DNA of 64,000 nt. Origin: Turneriella sp. (lineage in GTDB: Bacteria; Spirochaetota; Leptospiria; Turneriellales; Turneriellaceae). Below are positions 1 through 9,997 of this stretch, piece after piece. The position numbers and the translations under genes are program-made. The stretch is taken from the NCBI GenBank assembly GCA_965279515.1, contig CBDIID010000003.1:64001-128000 (forward strand). Reading direction: 5' to 3'. Below the pieces are notes generated by a model. It was given only the letters and a program-made list of their open reading frames with translations. It was not told the origin of the DNA and did not search any database. Numbering within the stretch: position 1 is the stretch's first letter; every line of letters begins with the position of its first letter.

Positions 1-625
1 TCGCTGGAATCTTGTCTGACGTTTGCGTAGTAGAGAGGTGAAATGAAGAACGATGCTGCGTCGCCGTAACGATCGTAATAATAGAGCGGCAACAGGTGCG
101 ACAGTGTGCTCGCGGGCCGCGAGCGGTGGCGTATGAGATAGAAAAAGATGAAATCCCACTCTGAAGGTGATGAATCCCAGAGAATGAGCGGTATGATGGG
201 GATGCCCACCGAGTAGGTCGCCCCGGCCGGTGAGGGAGAGTGCCGCGAATACCAGAAGAGCGGCGTCAGCAGAAAGGGGGAATCCCCCTTGTAGGTGGAA
301 TAATAATACAGCGGCAAGAGGCCGCTGTACTTTTTCGCGGAATCTCCCCGTTCGCCCCAATAGTAGAGCCAGAACAGCGATTGGTCGCGGGCCGCAAGGT
401 CTTGTTCGCGGTAATAGAGCGGCGTCAGCAGCAGGTAGCGGTTATCGACCTTGCTCTCGAGCTGGTAATAGAATGGAAAGATCCTGCTGCTTTTATAGCG
501 GGGGTAGTCCTTGTTTCCCCAAAGAAAAAGCACGTGAAGGGCATGGTGGTTCTCCCATTCCTCTTTTTGGATGAAAAACAGCCTTATCGGCAGCTTCTCT
601 TCGCGCTCGCGGCCATAGATTTCAT
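1..625 (-). CDS. N-terminal part of a large aromatic-repeat (PLYY/LLTPLFW) protein running off the left edge; true start may be GTG at 719 across a frameshift
   Basis: Manual minus-strand translation is open from ATG 625 to the edge: EKLPIRLFFIQKEEWENHH...FPFYYQLESKVDNRYLLLTPLYY...LLPLYYY; resembles Leptospiraceae LA_1737-type proteins (recollection). Confidence 0.7.
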
Positions 626-838
626 GCTCGCCCGCGTCGAGGTCACCCCAGGACCGTGCAGCGAGGGGGCCGCCCCAAAGGGCACACAGGCATAAGGCGC
701 GATAGAGGCGGAGCCGCACTTTTCAGTATCCAGGGTCGAAGTCCGCCGTCAAGCCGAGGCCCGGAGGGCTTTGCAAATAAAATCGCCGCTTTGCTTTACT
801 TTTGAGCGGAAAATCCCGATATTGAACCGAGGAAACTT

Positions 839-1837
839 ATGCGCAAAACTATACTCCTGTTCGGTTTTATCTTCGCGGCGGGGGCTCTCGGAGCCGAAAA
901 TGTCGCTGAAAAGGCCAAATATAAGCGGTCTGAGGCCCTGAACCAGATCGTCTATCTCGAAGTGCCGCTTCGGAATTTTAGCTCCGAAAGGCCTGAGCTG
1001 GCTAAGGAATATGAAGAGGTCAAGCGCAAGTACGCTGTTGCCTTAAGTTTCTTTTTTGAGGATAACTTTGTAGAATCTTACAAGATCTTCCTCGAAGTGC
1101 AGAACAGCATTGAAAAACTATACGAACAACTCTCACTCTTCTATATTGACCGCACCAACGTGGTACTGCAGCAATCGGTGAAAGAGGCCACGGAGATCGA
1201 AATCCGTTTTAACCGCAAGGGAACGTTCGCCACGCAGAAGATCGGCAAAAAGCGCGAGGCGGGTGTGCGCATCGCAGCGGATAAAAAAGAGACCAAGCTC
1301 GAGCAGCGTCTCTATGACCCGACCGACATCCATTATCTCTATGACAAAAAAGCCATGATCGACAACATCGATTACGGTTATGCACAGCTGGGGCAGGCCA
1401 AGGTCGCCCGCCAGAAAGCATTGGATCTCGAGAAATGGCTTGAAAAAGGCAAGGCGATGCCAGCGACCATGAAAAAAAGCCGCATTGAAACATACAAAGG
1501 CGTGATCGATCTCTGCCGTCAGGCGAAAATCAATGGCATCATGGTGATGCAGCTGAACCGTATCTATGATAACTATGAACTGCAGACAAAGTTCAAAGAC
1601 AACTATTTCATGAAAGAAAAACGCCTCGACCCGGTTTTTGACTTCGCTATCCCCGATGATTTCGTGAAAGATGCGAGTGATTCACGCAACGCTATCCACG
1701 ACCACAGCGATCGTATTATGGTGAAGGGTGAAGACCCGGCTAAAATCGCCAAGGAAGACCGCAAGCCGATTCCCAAGGCGCAGCGTTTCGGTACGTCAGC
1801 GGGCGGCCCGGCCGACACCAAACCGAAACCACAGTAA
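839..1837 (+). CDS. Conserved exported hypothetical protein
   Basis: 332 aa ORF, N-terminal signal peptide, GAGG RBS upstream. Confidence 0.8.
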   Translation: MRKTILLFGFIFAAGALGAENVAEKAKYKRSEALNQIVYLEVPLRNFSSERPELAKEYEEVKRKYAVALSFFFEDNFVESYKIFLEVQNSIEKLYEQLSLFYIDRTNVVLQQSVKEATEIEIRFNRKGTFATQKIGKKREAGVRIAADKKETKLEQRLYDPTDIHYLYDKKAMIDNIDYGYAQLGQAKVARQKALDLEKWLEKGKAMPATMKKSRIETYKGVIDLCRQAKINGIMVMQLNRIYDNYELQTKFKDNYFMKEKRLDPVFDFAIPDDFVKDASDSRNAIHDHSDRIMVKGEDPAKIAKEDRKPIPKAQRFGTSAGGPADTKPKPQ

Positions 1838-1889
1838 AACGTGTGAGCGCCGTTACCCCGCGGCGCTTTAAACAACCGGGGATTCGGTC

Positions 1890-2372
1890 ATGATTACTCT
1901 CAAAATGGGTTCGATTAAACCTTCGCGGCTCGTGGAAATTGCGTTTGCGCCGTTCGCCAACCAGTTTTCTGAAAAAGATATTTCCGTCGAGTTCCATATG
2001 CCTTACACGCTGCCGGTTTTGCCCTGTGACGTCGCCAAGATCGCCTGGACGCTGACGATTTTCTTCAGCAATGCCGTACGTTACACGCCGCAATGGGGTC
2101 GCCTCACCGTCAGGGCTGCTGCCAGCGAAACGCAGATGCAGATCTTTGTGGAAAATACCGGTTACGGTGTGCCGCTCGAACGGTTGCAGCGCATGTTCGA
2201 ACGCAGTGAAAATTATGATTCTCCTGAGTTCGGCCAGGGGTTGGCGCTCATTCTTGCGCGTGAAATCGTCGAGGCGCATGGCGGTCATATCGGCGTGAAT
2301 TCTGAACTCGGTGTCATGACGCGCTTTTATATTGAACTGCCGATAGAAAAAATTACCGAGGATAAAACATGA
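1890..2372 (+). CDS. Stand-alone histidine-kinase-like ATPase (HATPase_c) domain protein
   Basis: N box (NAVRYT), degenerate G1 (ENTGYG), F box, G2 (GQGLAL), IVEAHGG; no HisKA domain visible. Confidence 0.8.
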   Translation: MITLKMGSIKPSRLVEIAFAPFANQFSEKDISVEFHMPYTLPVLPCDVAKIAWTLTIFFSNAVRYTPQWGRLTVRAAASETQMQIFVENTGYGVPLERLQRMFERSENYDSPEFGQGLALILAREIVEAHGGHIGVNSELGVMTRFYIELPIEKITEDKT

Positions 2373-3502
2373 AGAGATTACAATTCACAGCCTACGCCGT
2401 CGTTTTCGCGGCGCTGATTGCCGGTTTGTCAAACCTCAATGCCGAAGTGTCGGATGAACTTGTGGCGACGCTCGTCGAAGACTGCCCGGAAAGCGTCGCC
2501 GAAACGTATACGAAGGCTCTCCCCCGTTATGCCAAGGCTTTGCCCGAGAAGAAGGCCGACCCGGCGCAGACGCTGAAGGCAGTCGTGCCGCGCGCCTGCC
2601 ATCTCGAACTGCAGGACTGGCAGCTGCAAACCGCGCTGCAGCTCGGGCATTACGGGCTCAACCAGGGCCTCAAGGCTTCGACGGTCTCTGACCTCACTGA
2701 GATCCAGAGCTGGCGCACCATGGCCAAAGAGGTGTACCTGAAGCTTGGCCGCACCTATGAGAGAATGCTCAGGGCTGGCGCCGGAACCGAAGAGATTGCC
2801 GAAGTTTTTTACGCCGCGCAGAATGGTTCATTCACACCAGACCAAACCGACGCGCTGACGCTGATCTATGCCGAGCACCGCGCGGCCGGCAAGAACCACG
2901 CTGAGGCGCTTGCGGCAGCAAAAGCGGAAGCGAAGGATATAAAAAAACTGCACGGTAAAAGCGTCGCGGCATTCGTCGCGGAAAAATCGCCTGTGCCCCG
3001 CCTGCATGCAGGCGCCGGTGATACAAAGCCCTTGTCGGGCGACGCGCTTTGGGATCAGCTGGAAAATGCCATCAAGGCCGAGAATAGCCAGGCACCGTCT
3101 TCGGCGGGCGGCAAAAAACCTACCTGGAATGTCGAGAAGCTCGTCAGCTTTTTCGGCGAGTGGAAGGGCACACCGTATAAATGGGGCGGGGTGACAAAAA
3201 AAGGCATCGATTGTTCGGGGTTTGTACTGAAGGCGATTGAATCCCAGTTTCCGCAGGGTAAATATCCGCGCAGCGCGAGCCAGCTAGCAGGCCAGGGAGT
3301 CGCCGTCGAACGCGCGAACCTCGTGCCCGGCGATCTGATATTTTTCGCGGCCTCCGAGGTGCCGGGCAGAATTACGCATGTCGCCATCTACGTGAACAAC
3401 AGCGAATTCGCCCATGCCTCGTCGAAGTACGGCGTGACGCTCGCGAAGATCACCGACAAGTATTATACGAAACGGTTTGTCACAGCGCGCCGCCTTTTTT
3501 AA
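2369..3502 (+). CDS. NlpC/P60 (C40) cell-wall peptidase with signal peptide
   Basis: GTPYKWGG...GIDCSGF...PGDLIFF...HVAIY...HAS motifs. Confidence 0.92.
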   Translation: MKRLQFTAYAVVFAALIAGLSNLNAEVSDELVATLVEDCPESVAETYTKALPRYAKALPEKKADPAQTLKAVVPRACHLELQDWQLQTALQLGHYGLNQGLKASTVSDLTEIQSWRTMAKEVYLKLGRTYERMLRAGAGTEEIAEVFYAAQNGSFTPDQTDALTLIYAEHRAAGKNHAEALAAAKAEAKDIKKLHGKSVAAFVAEKSPVPRLHAGAGDTKPLSGDALWDQLENAIKAENSQAPSSAGGKKPTWNVEKLVSFFGEWKGTPYKWGGVTKKGIDCSGFVLKAIESQFPQGKYPRSASQLAGQGVAVERANLVPGDLIFFAASEVPGRITHVAIYVNNSEFAHASSKYGVTLAKITDKYYTKRFVTARRLF

Positions 3503-4137
3503 TGGAAATTTCAGGCCAAAGGATTTCCCTGCCGCGGAATTTCCTCTTCCTGAACCGGCTGCCTGCGCGTTTTGAAATTCTTGTCATCGCCAAAGGCGCA
3601 ACGCTGCCGAAGGGCACGGCCTTTGAGCTCGAGATCCAGGGGCAGCGCCTCGTGCTGCAATCGAAGATCGAGCTGAAGGTCGGCGCGCGCTACGACCTCG
3701 AAAAAATTTCGGCTCTCGAATTCAAGATTCTCGCAGAAAAGGGGGATATCCCCCGGGAAAAAACGGCAGACGAGCTGCGTACAGATCCACCGCGCAAAAA
3801 TCCCGGTACCGATAGCCCCGCTGTTTTTATTCCTGATGCAAAAACAACGGCGCAGGACCTCATGGCTCTCAAGGTTCTCGCCGATTCCGGACGCCATGTG
3901 TCCGCGAACGGAGATAAATACCTTTTCAGTCTCGAATCAGAAATTGACCTGAGTGGCGTCTTTGTGCCGCAAACACCCGGCAGGTACCGCCTGTTTGTGA
4001 GCGGCCACGCCATTCAAAAAGCCGATCTCGAAAACCTCGCGGAGTCCCTGTCGGGCCTTGGCATCGACGGTGTGAGGCATGTGACGCCGGCGGTACTCGC
4101 ACGCATCTCTGCGGGCGCGGTCGATATACGCACTTAA
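3502..4137 (+). CDS. Hypothetical protein
   Basis: 211 aa ORF translationally coupled to the upstream gene. Confidence 0.7.
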   Translation: MEISGQRISLPRNFLFLNRLPARFEILVIAKGATLPKGTAFELEIQGQRLVLQSKIELKVGARYDLEKISALEFKILAEKGDIPREKTADELRTDPPRKNPGTDSPAVFIPDAKTTAQDLMALKVLADSGRHVSANGDKYLFSLESEIDLSGVFVPQTPGRYRLFVSGHAIQKADLENLAESLSGLGIDGVRHVTPAVLARISAGAVDIRT

Positions 4138-5648
4138 ACTAGAACCGCAACGGGCTTACCGTCGATATAACGAAAACAGGCGCGGGTTTTGTCGCGCGGC
4201 AAGTCGGCGACATCGCTGTGCGCGGTTCCGTCTGCATTGACAATGCGTGCGAGGCACAGCGAGCCATTGCCGCGGCGGAAACAGCCCAGCGCAAACGGGG
4301 CATCGCTGCCGGGGTTAAATTTTACCGTGACGGCGGCATAGAGCATCGCCGTTCCACCTTCATCCAGGCGCATACTTTGGGGAATATCGTGCTTTGCTGA
4401 AAATACCTGCGTACCAGCCTGCGGCAGTGGTTGGCGCGACAAAATCGCCACCGAATTCACACAATCGATACCGCCATTGCCGCCGAAGAAAAAATGTTTT
4501 GCATGGGGATTTCCCCGGGCGTGCGCGAAAATATCGATGAGGCCCGTCGCAGCCGAAAGTGAGATTGCGGCCTGCGTGTTTAAAATACCGCCCTGTTCAT
4601 TCACGGCAATCTTTTTGCCCGTAAGTTCAATGTGCCCGGTTTTCAGGCTCTCAGCAGCAGTTTTTGCCGGGATATTAAAATAGTCTGCGGCCTGCCGCAC
4701 GAGCATGAGCGTAAAACAATCGTAGATCCATGCATAGTCGATCTCTTCGGGTTTAATGCCCGCGCGGGAAAATGCCCGCTTCGCGGCGAGGGCAGCGGGG
4801 GAGACAAAGTCGGGCCGGCGACTCAGGTATTTCTGCCCATAGTTGGTGCCGACGCCGTTGATGAAGAGAGAATTTTCCGCTGCATGAAATCCTAATTCTT
4901 TTTCAAGCCGTTTCAGTAAGGTATCATTGGCAACCAGTATGGCGATGCCGTGGTCGGTGGCCACAGCGACCATCGCGGTAGCATAGACGCCGGCGAGATA
5001 ACGCTTGAGTTCACCGGGCTTCAGCGCCTTACCGTACACCGCGGCACGTTCATTGGCGACGGCGCGGTTTCGGTAATATTCGGTGATGGCCTCGACGTCT
5101 TCGATACCGATGCCATCTTCAAACATCATGCGGTCGGCGAGCAGGGCATAGAGCGAAATCAGGTTGGCCTGGGTATGGAGTTCAGTGTCTTTATCGAGCA
5201 GGGCGTCTGAAACCTCGCGGTAATATTTCACTCCCGCGTCGCCGCCACGCGGTACTTCGGCGCCGGCGATCAGCACCAGCCGCTCTTCGGCGACGCAGAG
5301 TTTGCGCGCGATTTCCAGCGCAGCGGGTGTACTGGCGCCGCCCAGGTCGACGCTATGCAGCTCGACGCCGGTCAGGCCGAGAAAAGAAGCCTTCTTCGCG
5401 ACATCCATGGTGTGGTGGTGTTCGTAGATCGAGGGACCAAAGCCGACATAGTCTGTGATGTAAGGTTTAAGCTTTTCAAAGGTGAGGCCGAGCGTGGCGG
5501 CCATGCGCTCGGCGGCAATTTTCGTAAAAGCGGCGAGCTTTTCATCGAGCGATATTTTTTTATAACTCAGCGACCGTGTTTCCAGCTCCGCTTCGACATC
5601 CTTCAGAATGGCGTCGGCGACAGCGAAGATTTGTGCCCCGCCCGCCAT
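4134..5648 (-). CDS. Thiolase-fold protein with a C-terminal OB-fold-like extension
   Basis: IYDCFT and VNEQGGIL motifs of SCP-x/thiolase-like proteins; C-terminal PFALG motif typical of DUF35 OB fold. Confidence 0.75.
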   Translation of the reverse strand: MAGGAQIFAVADAILKDVEAELETRSLSYKKISLDEKLAAFTKIAAERMAATLGLTFEKLKPYITDYVGFGPSIYEHHHTMDVAKKASFLGLTGVELHSVDLGGASTPAALEIARKLCVAEERLVLIAGAEVPRGGDAGVKYYREVSDALLDKDTELHTQANLISLYALLADRMMFEDGIGIEDVEAITEYYRNRAVANERAAVYGKALKPGELKRYLAGVYATAMVAVATDHGIAILVANDTLLKRLEKELGFHAAENSLFINGVGTNYGQKYLSRRPDFVSPAALAAKRAFSRAGIKPEEIDYAWIYDCFTLMLVRQAADYFNIPAKTAAESLKTGHIELTGKKIAVNEQGGILNTQAAISLSAATGLIDIFAHARGNPHAKHFFFGGNGGIDCVNSVAILSRQPLPQAGTQVFSAKHDIPQSMRLDEGGTAMLYAAVTVKFNPGSDAPFALGCFRRGNGSLCLARIVNADGTAHSDVADLPRDKTRACFRYIDGKPVAVLV

Positions 5649-6379
5649 CAGCGCTGGAACTCCGGCAAAGCTGCGGCAAGCTGGCGCGAGAGTTCGCCAT
5701 ACCAGACAGGGCAGTTGCTGCAGTGTTTGAATGCCGGTACCGTTCTGTTGGTGTCGTGCGGGAAAATATAGACCTGTGTGTTGGCCTTGCCCGCCTGGTA
5801 GGCGAGCAAAAAGAATTCTTCAATGTTGCGGTTGCCGATGACGACGCAGCCATAACTGATGGCGCCGCCATGCACGTTGATGCCTGTCGAGACATAGCCG
5901 ATATCGCGGCCCTCGAGTTCGAGCATGGCCTTATCGAAGGCATTGGGATAATCGACGTGCAGGGCAAGATGGTATTCGCGGCTGAGGCCCATCGAGTCGA
6001 TGCCATAGATGCCTTCGGGAATCTGCAGGTCACCGTAATAGATCTTCGGCCCCTGCTTACCGCTCATCGCCGTGAAGGCATAATCTTTGATATAATGCCA
6101 TTTACCCCTTTCATCGGGTAACCAAAGCTCGGCTTTGCGCTCTTCCTTAAAAACCGCAAGGCGAACAGCTTTGGGCGGATAGCTAACGCCGGCCGCTGCC
6201 ATCGGTTTTTTTAACCGTGAGAGAATCGATTTGGAGTTCTTTTTAAGGAAACTTGCGGGTGTGGGACCTTCCGCCGCAGCTGGCTGCGCCGGAAGAGTTT
6301 GTTTCACCGGCGCTGCCGGGTTGGCAAAAAGCGAACACGCTGAAAGCAGTAAAAGGTTAAGGGATGTCCGCGGTGGCAT
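5648..6379 (-). CDS. L,D-transpeptidase family (YkuD, YafK/DpaA-like) protein
   Basis: GPK...GDLQIPEGIY, YHLALHVDYPNAFD, HGGAISYGC catalytic motif; start placed at MPPRTS. Confidence 0.85.
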   Translation of the reverse strand: MPPRTSLNLLLLSACSLFANPAAPVKQTLPAQPAAAEGPTPASFLKKNSKSILSRLKKPMAAAGVSYPPKAVRLAVFKEERKAELWLPDERGKWHYIKDYAFTAMSGKQGPKIYYGDLQIPEGIYGIDSMGLSREYHLALHVDYPNAFDKAMLELEGRDIGYVSTGINVHGGAISYGCVVIGNRNIEEFFLLAYQAGKANTQVYIFPHDTNRTVPAFKHCSNCPVWYGELSRQLAAALPEFQR

Positions 6380-7919
6380 GGGAATTCTCTGGAGTATTCT
6401 CTTGCCGGTTAGCATTATTGCCGCCGCCGCCACCACCACGACCGCCACGGCGCCCGCGGCGCCGGCGAGGTCGGTTGCCACCACCATCGCGGCCACCACC
6501 ACCGCTGTTGCGGCGAGGCTCGCTGGGGCGCGGACGCTCAGGCGGAGCTTCGTTGCCTTCTTCGGGGCCTTCGGCTATGTAATCTTTCTCGTCGATTTCC
6601 ATGCGTTCTACGGCATTTTTGCGAATCGATTCGGGCAATTTTTGCCTCAGGCCAATTTCCCAAAACAGGGCTTTTTGCAGCGCGTCTTCGTCATCGGCGG
6701 CGCGTGCGATGATCTTATAGACAATGAACGATTCCTGGAAAATCTTGCGCTGCTGGAACTCTTTCACCCAGCCTTTGCGCTCAGCGACGTTGCGGCGAAA
6801 GAGGTTCTGCGTTGAAAAAATCTGCATCAGCGTTTCATATTCGCGCTTTGTCAGCTGCACGTCTTTTTGCAGGGCCTGTAGCGCACCGCTGAGTTTGCGC
6901 TCGAGTGTCTTTTCGTGGTCTTTCTGGTTTTTGAGGATGATGTCCTGCAGCGAACCGGCGATGAGCAGGGCGTAGTAGATGTTCAGGTTCACATCTTCGT
7001 GTTCCTGGATCATACGGTCGGCGATCGCGAGGCGGCGGCCGAGACCCGTCTCCATGAACTGGTCGTCGTCGAGCAGCGGGTCTAATTTCTCGCCGCGCAC
7101 AACTGCCGGCATGAGGGTTTCCATGAGGCCTGAGTTGTTGAGCGACGCAAAGATTTTGGCTGCCTGGCCGCTGCGGAAAATTTTATTGTATTCTTCGTGC
7201 AGGCGTGAGGTGGATGCCTTTTTCAGGAGCCCCTTGTATTTCTGGATTGCCTTAAACGTCAGGGGGTCGAGGTCGAGCCCTAAAAGGGCGGCAAATTTTA
7301 CCGCGCGGTACATCCGCACCGGGTCTTCGGGGAATGAGATATCGGGGTTACCGATGACGCGCACAATGCGGTTCTGGATGTCTTCGAAGCCGCCTGTATA
7401 GTCGACGATCATCTCATTCTTAATGTCGAAGATGAGAGCGTTGATAGTGAAGTCGCGGCGCGCCGCATCTTCTTTGAAAGTGCCAAACTGGTTGTCGCGC
7501 TTCAGCAGAAGTTCATCGGAGTTCTTGGCCTCGGCACGGTTAGAAGGCAGCGAGCGCGCCGTCGAAACTTCGATGACCTTGTTGCCGCGGAACACGACAT
7601 GCACGAGGCGGAAACGGCGGCCAATGATGCGGCTGTTCGCGAACATGCGGCGCAACTCTTGCGGGTGCGCGTCGGTCACTACATCATAGTCCTTTGGTTT
7701 GCGGCCGAGCAGGTGGTCGCGTACGCTGCCACCGACGATATAGGCGCGGCAGCCCATCTGCTGAATGCGCTGCACGGTTTTGACGGCGTCCTGGTCTAGG
7801 TCAGCCACGCGGATATTGTGCTCTTCGCGCGGAATTTGCCGGGGTTTGGGGTAGCGGAGAATCTGGTCTGCGCTGAGGGCTTTTTTAAAGCCAAAAATCT
7901 TCAAAATTTTCTGAAACAT
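6357..7919 (-). CDS. pcnB: Poly(A) polymerase I
   Basis: VGGSVRD..LGRKPKDYDV, PAP signature IIGRRFRLVHV, RRDFTIN, EDPVRM, Arg-rich tail. Confidence 0.92.
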   Translation of the reverse strand: MFQKILKIFGFKKALSADQILRYPKPRQIPREEHNIRVADLDQDAVKTVQRIQQMGCRAYIVGGSVRDHLLGRKPKDYDVVTDAHPQELRRMFANSRIIGRRFRLVHVVFRGNKVIEVSTARSLPSNRAEAKNSDELLLKRDNQFGTFKEDAARRDFTINALIFDIKNEMIVDYTGGFEDIQNRIVRVIGNPDISFPEDPVRMYRAVKFAALLGLDLDPLTFKAIQKYKGLLKKASTSRLHEEYNKIFRSGQAAKIFASLNNSGLMETLMPAVVRGEKLDPLLDDDQFMETGLGRRLAIADRMIQEHEDVNLNIYYALLIAGSLQDIILKNQKDHEKTLERKLSGALQALQKDVQLTKREYETLMQIFSTQNLFRRNVAERKGWVKEFQQRKIFQESFIVYKIIARAADDEDALQKALFWEIGLRQKLPESIRKNAVERMEIDEKDYIAEGPEEGNEAPPERPRPSEPRRNSGGGGRDGGGNRPRRRRGRRGGRGGGGGGNNANRQENTPENSHATADIP

Positions 7920-8273
7920 CTGAAATCAAGGTCCTTCTCTATCGAGTATTCCACCATTCAGGGGGAAACAGTATTGGGCGCGGGGGTGAAAAAGTCAAAA
8001 TCAGGGGCTTTTCAGGATTGCGAAAAGCGTATGCCAGATCGCGCATGCTACAGGAATGCGGGACCTTTTCGACCGGCTCTACGGCATAATAATAAAAGGA
8101 GACAGGTTCTCAACCTTTATCTTGTTTTGGCGGGGTATCTGGCCCAGGCTGCCGCCCGATGCTCACCAGGAGGAATTCCCCCTAAAAAAAATGAGCACTT
8201 GAGGCAATCCCGGAATCTCTACCTGCTGCAGCGTGTATTTGAACGTGAAAATCCGCGCCGCAGGAGAATTAAA

Positions 8274-9356
8274 ATGAAAAACCAGATTTTGAACCATGCC
8301 GTTTTCGTAGTGGTTTCGGGTGTTCTGGCGGCGTGTGCCGGCAGTGCGAACGTGGAACCGCAGAGCAATCTGCAAAAAGCCGCCCGCGGCGAAGCGACTG
8401 CAACCGAGGTCGCGGATGCCATAAAGGAGGCAAAAACCGCCACAACTGTTTTGCCGCAACTCACCAGTATGACGCCTGCCAGTGGCAGCATCTTTACCAT
8501 GCCCGATACCCGCAAAATTGCCGCTGCGCTCAGGGGTAACAGCGCCGCCTGGCGCAGCGAACTCTATTTGCAGGCGGGTGACCGCAACCTGCGCCTGATT
8601 GCCGATACGCGCCAGGGACCCTTGAACAAAGAAAGTGAATATGCTTTCGTCGAGGGCACAGCGATCAATTTTTACATTGTGACACATACACCGGCGGGGG
8701 ATTTCACCTTTTACGCCAATGGCAGCCATGGCAGGGTAACCAAAAACGGTGCAACGTACACGATCGCCTTTGAAGATAAACCCGAGGGCATTCCGGGCTT
8801 AGGCGAACCGGATTGGGATTTCAACGACGTCGTCGTCGACGTAACGCTGAGGCAGCCACAGGTAGTCGATTTAACCGGCAACTTTGATATTGCCGTGGAT
8901 TACCTCGATCACCATGGTCTCAATTACCAGGGATATCCGATTTATTACATCGGCGAGACGATGAAATACAAAGTCGCGCTCAAGGTGCGTTCGAACAGCG
9001 AATATTTTGCCGGCAAAAAATTCCGCGTCTATGCGCTGCATGAATATTTTGAGGATATCACCTCGAACCGCTACTGGTACCCTTCACCGCCTCGGCCGGC
9101 CAATGAACCGCAGATCATTTCTGTCAAAAAGGGCGATCCGCTGCCAGGCCAGGACCCGCTCCACAGCTGGAAAGATCTTGCGTTCGCCGCGGGCGCACAG
9201 TTTAACCTGCTCGGTTCATACACGAGCCCCTTGTCAATCGCTGCCGGCAACGACCAGACACACATTCTGATCGTGCGCGAAAACGATCAGGGGCAGATTG
9301 AGTTTGTGGTATTCGATAATCCGCAGGCCGGTGTTTTCGATCCACCGGCAAATTAA
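8274..9356 (+). CDS. Lipoprotein with DUF4114-like domain
   Basis: AGGAG RBS, lipobox LAAC, IAFED...DWDFNDVVV motif. Confidence 0.8.
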   Translation: MKNQILNHAVFVVVSGVLAACAGSANVEPQSNLQKAARGEATATEVADAIKEAKTATTVLPQLTSMTPASGSIFTMPDTRKIAAALRGNSAAWRSELYLQAGDRNLRLIADTRQGPLNKESEYAFVEGTAINFYIVTHTPAGDFTFYANGSHGRVTKNGATYTIAFEDKPEGIPGLGEPDWDFNDVVVDVTLRQPQVVDLTGNFDIAVDYLDHHGLNYQGYPIYYIGETMKYKVALKVRSNSEYFAGKKFRVYALHEYFEDITSNRYWYPSPPRPANEPQIISVKKGDPLPGQDPLHSWKDLAFAAGAQFNLLGSYTSPLSIAAGNDQTHILIVRENDQGQIEFVVFDNPQAGVFDPPAN

Positions 9357-9379
9357 TTGATTCGAATTCAGGGGGTTGT

Positions 9380-9502
9380 CTAAAAAGGCGCAAGAAAACC
9401 GAAAGCTTCGAAAATCGCTTTGCGATTTCCTGCTAAAGCGGCCGAAGCGGCCTGCTTTCGGTTTTCTTTTCGGCCGTTCGCGCCGAATACGCGCCTTTTT
9501 AG
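9380..9502. repeat. Short element bounded by a 12-bp perfect inverted repeat between convergent genes (MITE-like or terminator structure)
   Basis: CTAAAAAGGCGC at 9380-9391 and GCGCCTTTTTAG at 9491-9502. Confidence 0.45.
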
Positions 9503-9508
9503 CCCCCC

Positions 9509-9997
9509 TTAATCTTTATCGACAAGAGTAAAATGGCGGATGACCTTCAGCGAGTTGAGTTTCTCGTCTGAAAAAACCGCCTTCACCCGTGCGCCGATCC
9601 AAAGTCTCGATTCGTCTTCGGGCACTTCAATGAAGTGCTGAAAGTTGTTATCTGCGCCATCGAGTTTGAAGAAACCATAACCGTAAGGCACCGGCTTTTT
9701 TTCACCGGTTTCCGGATCTAAAAACTGAAAACGCAGGATCGTAAAGCTGACAATCTTACCTTCGCTCGCCACAGGCACAAGCTCAGTCATTTCGGTATAG
9801 CAGGGGCCACAGACCTGGCGCGGCGGCACGTAGACCTTTTTGCACTTTGGGCATTTAATACCGAGAATGCGGTGGTGGTCGCGCAGCTCGGCGAGAAACT
9901 TACTTCCGTAAAGGCCCACCGCATAGTTATACGGCTGCGAGCCCTCGCCGGAGGACATCGTAAAGAGACCTTGTTTATTTTCTTCTGTCGCGCTCAT
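9509..9997 (-). CDS. Zn-ribbon/OB-fold (DUF35) acyl-CoA-associated protein
   Basis: CPKC...PPRQVCGPC zinc ribbon plus OB fold; coupled to the upstream thiolase-fold gene. Confidence 0.9.
   Translation of the reverse strand: MSATEENKQGLFTMSSGEGSQPYNYAVGLYGSKFLAELRDHHRILGIKCPKCKKVYVPPRQVCGPCYTEMTELVPVASEGKIVSFTILRFQFLDPETGEKKPVPYGYGFFKLDGADNNFQHFIEVPEDESRLWIGARVKAVFSDEKLNSLKVIRHFTLVDKD

Noticed and set aside
240..695. Plus-strand 151-aa and 114-aa ORFs
   Set aside because: Antisense shadows of the minus-strand repeat-containing gene that runs off the left edge.
6380..6502. N-terminal extension of the L,D-transpeptidase ORF
   Set aside because: Low-complexity alternative frame of the pcnB Arg/Gly-rich tail.
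7818..8273. N-terminal extension of the 512-aa ORF
   Set aside because: It overlaps pcnB and the divergent promoter region; the RBS and lipoprotein signal point to ATG 8274.
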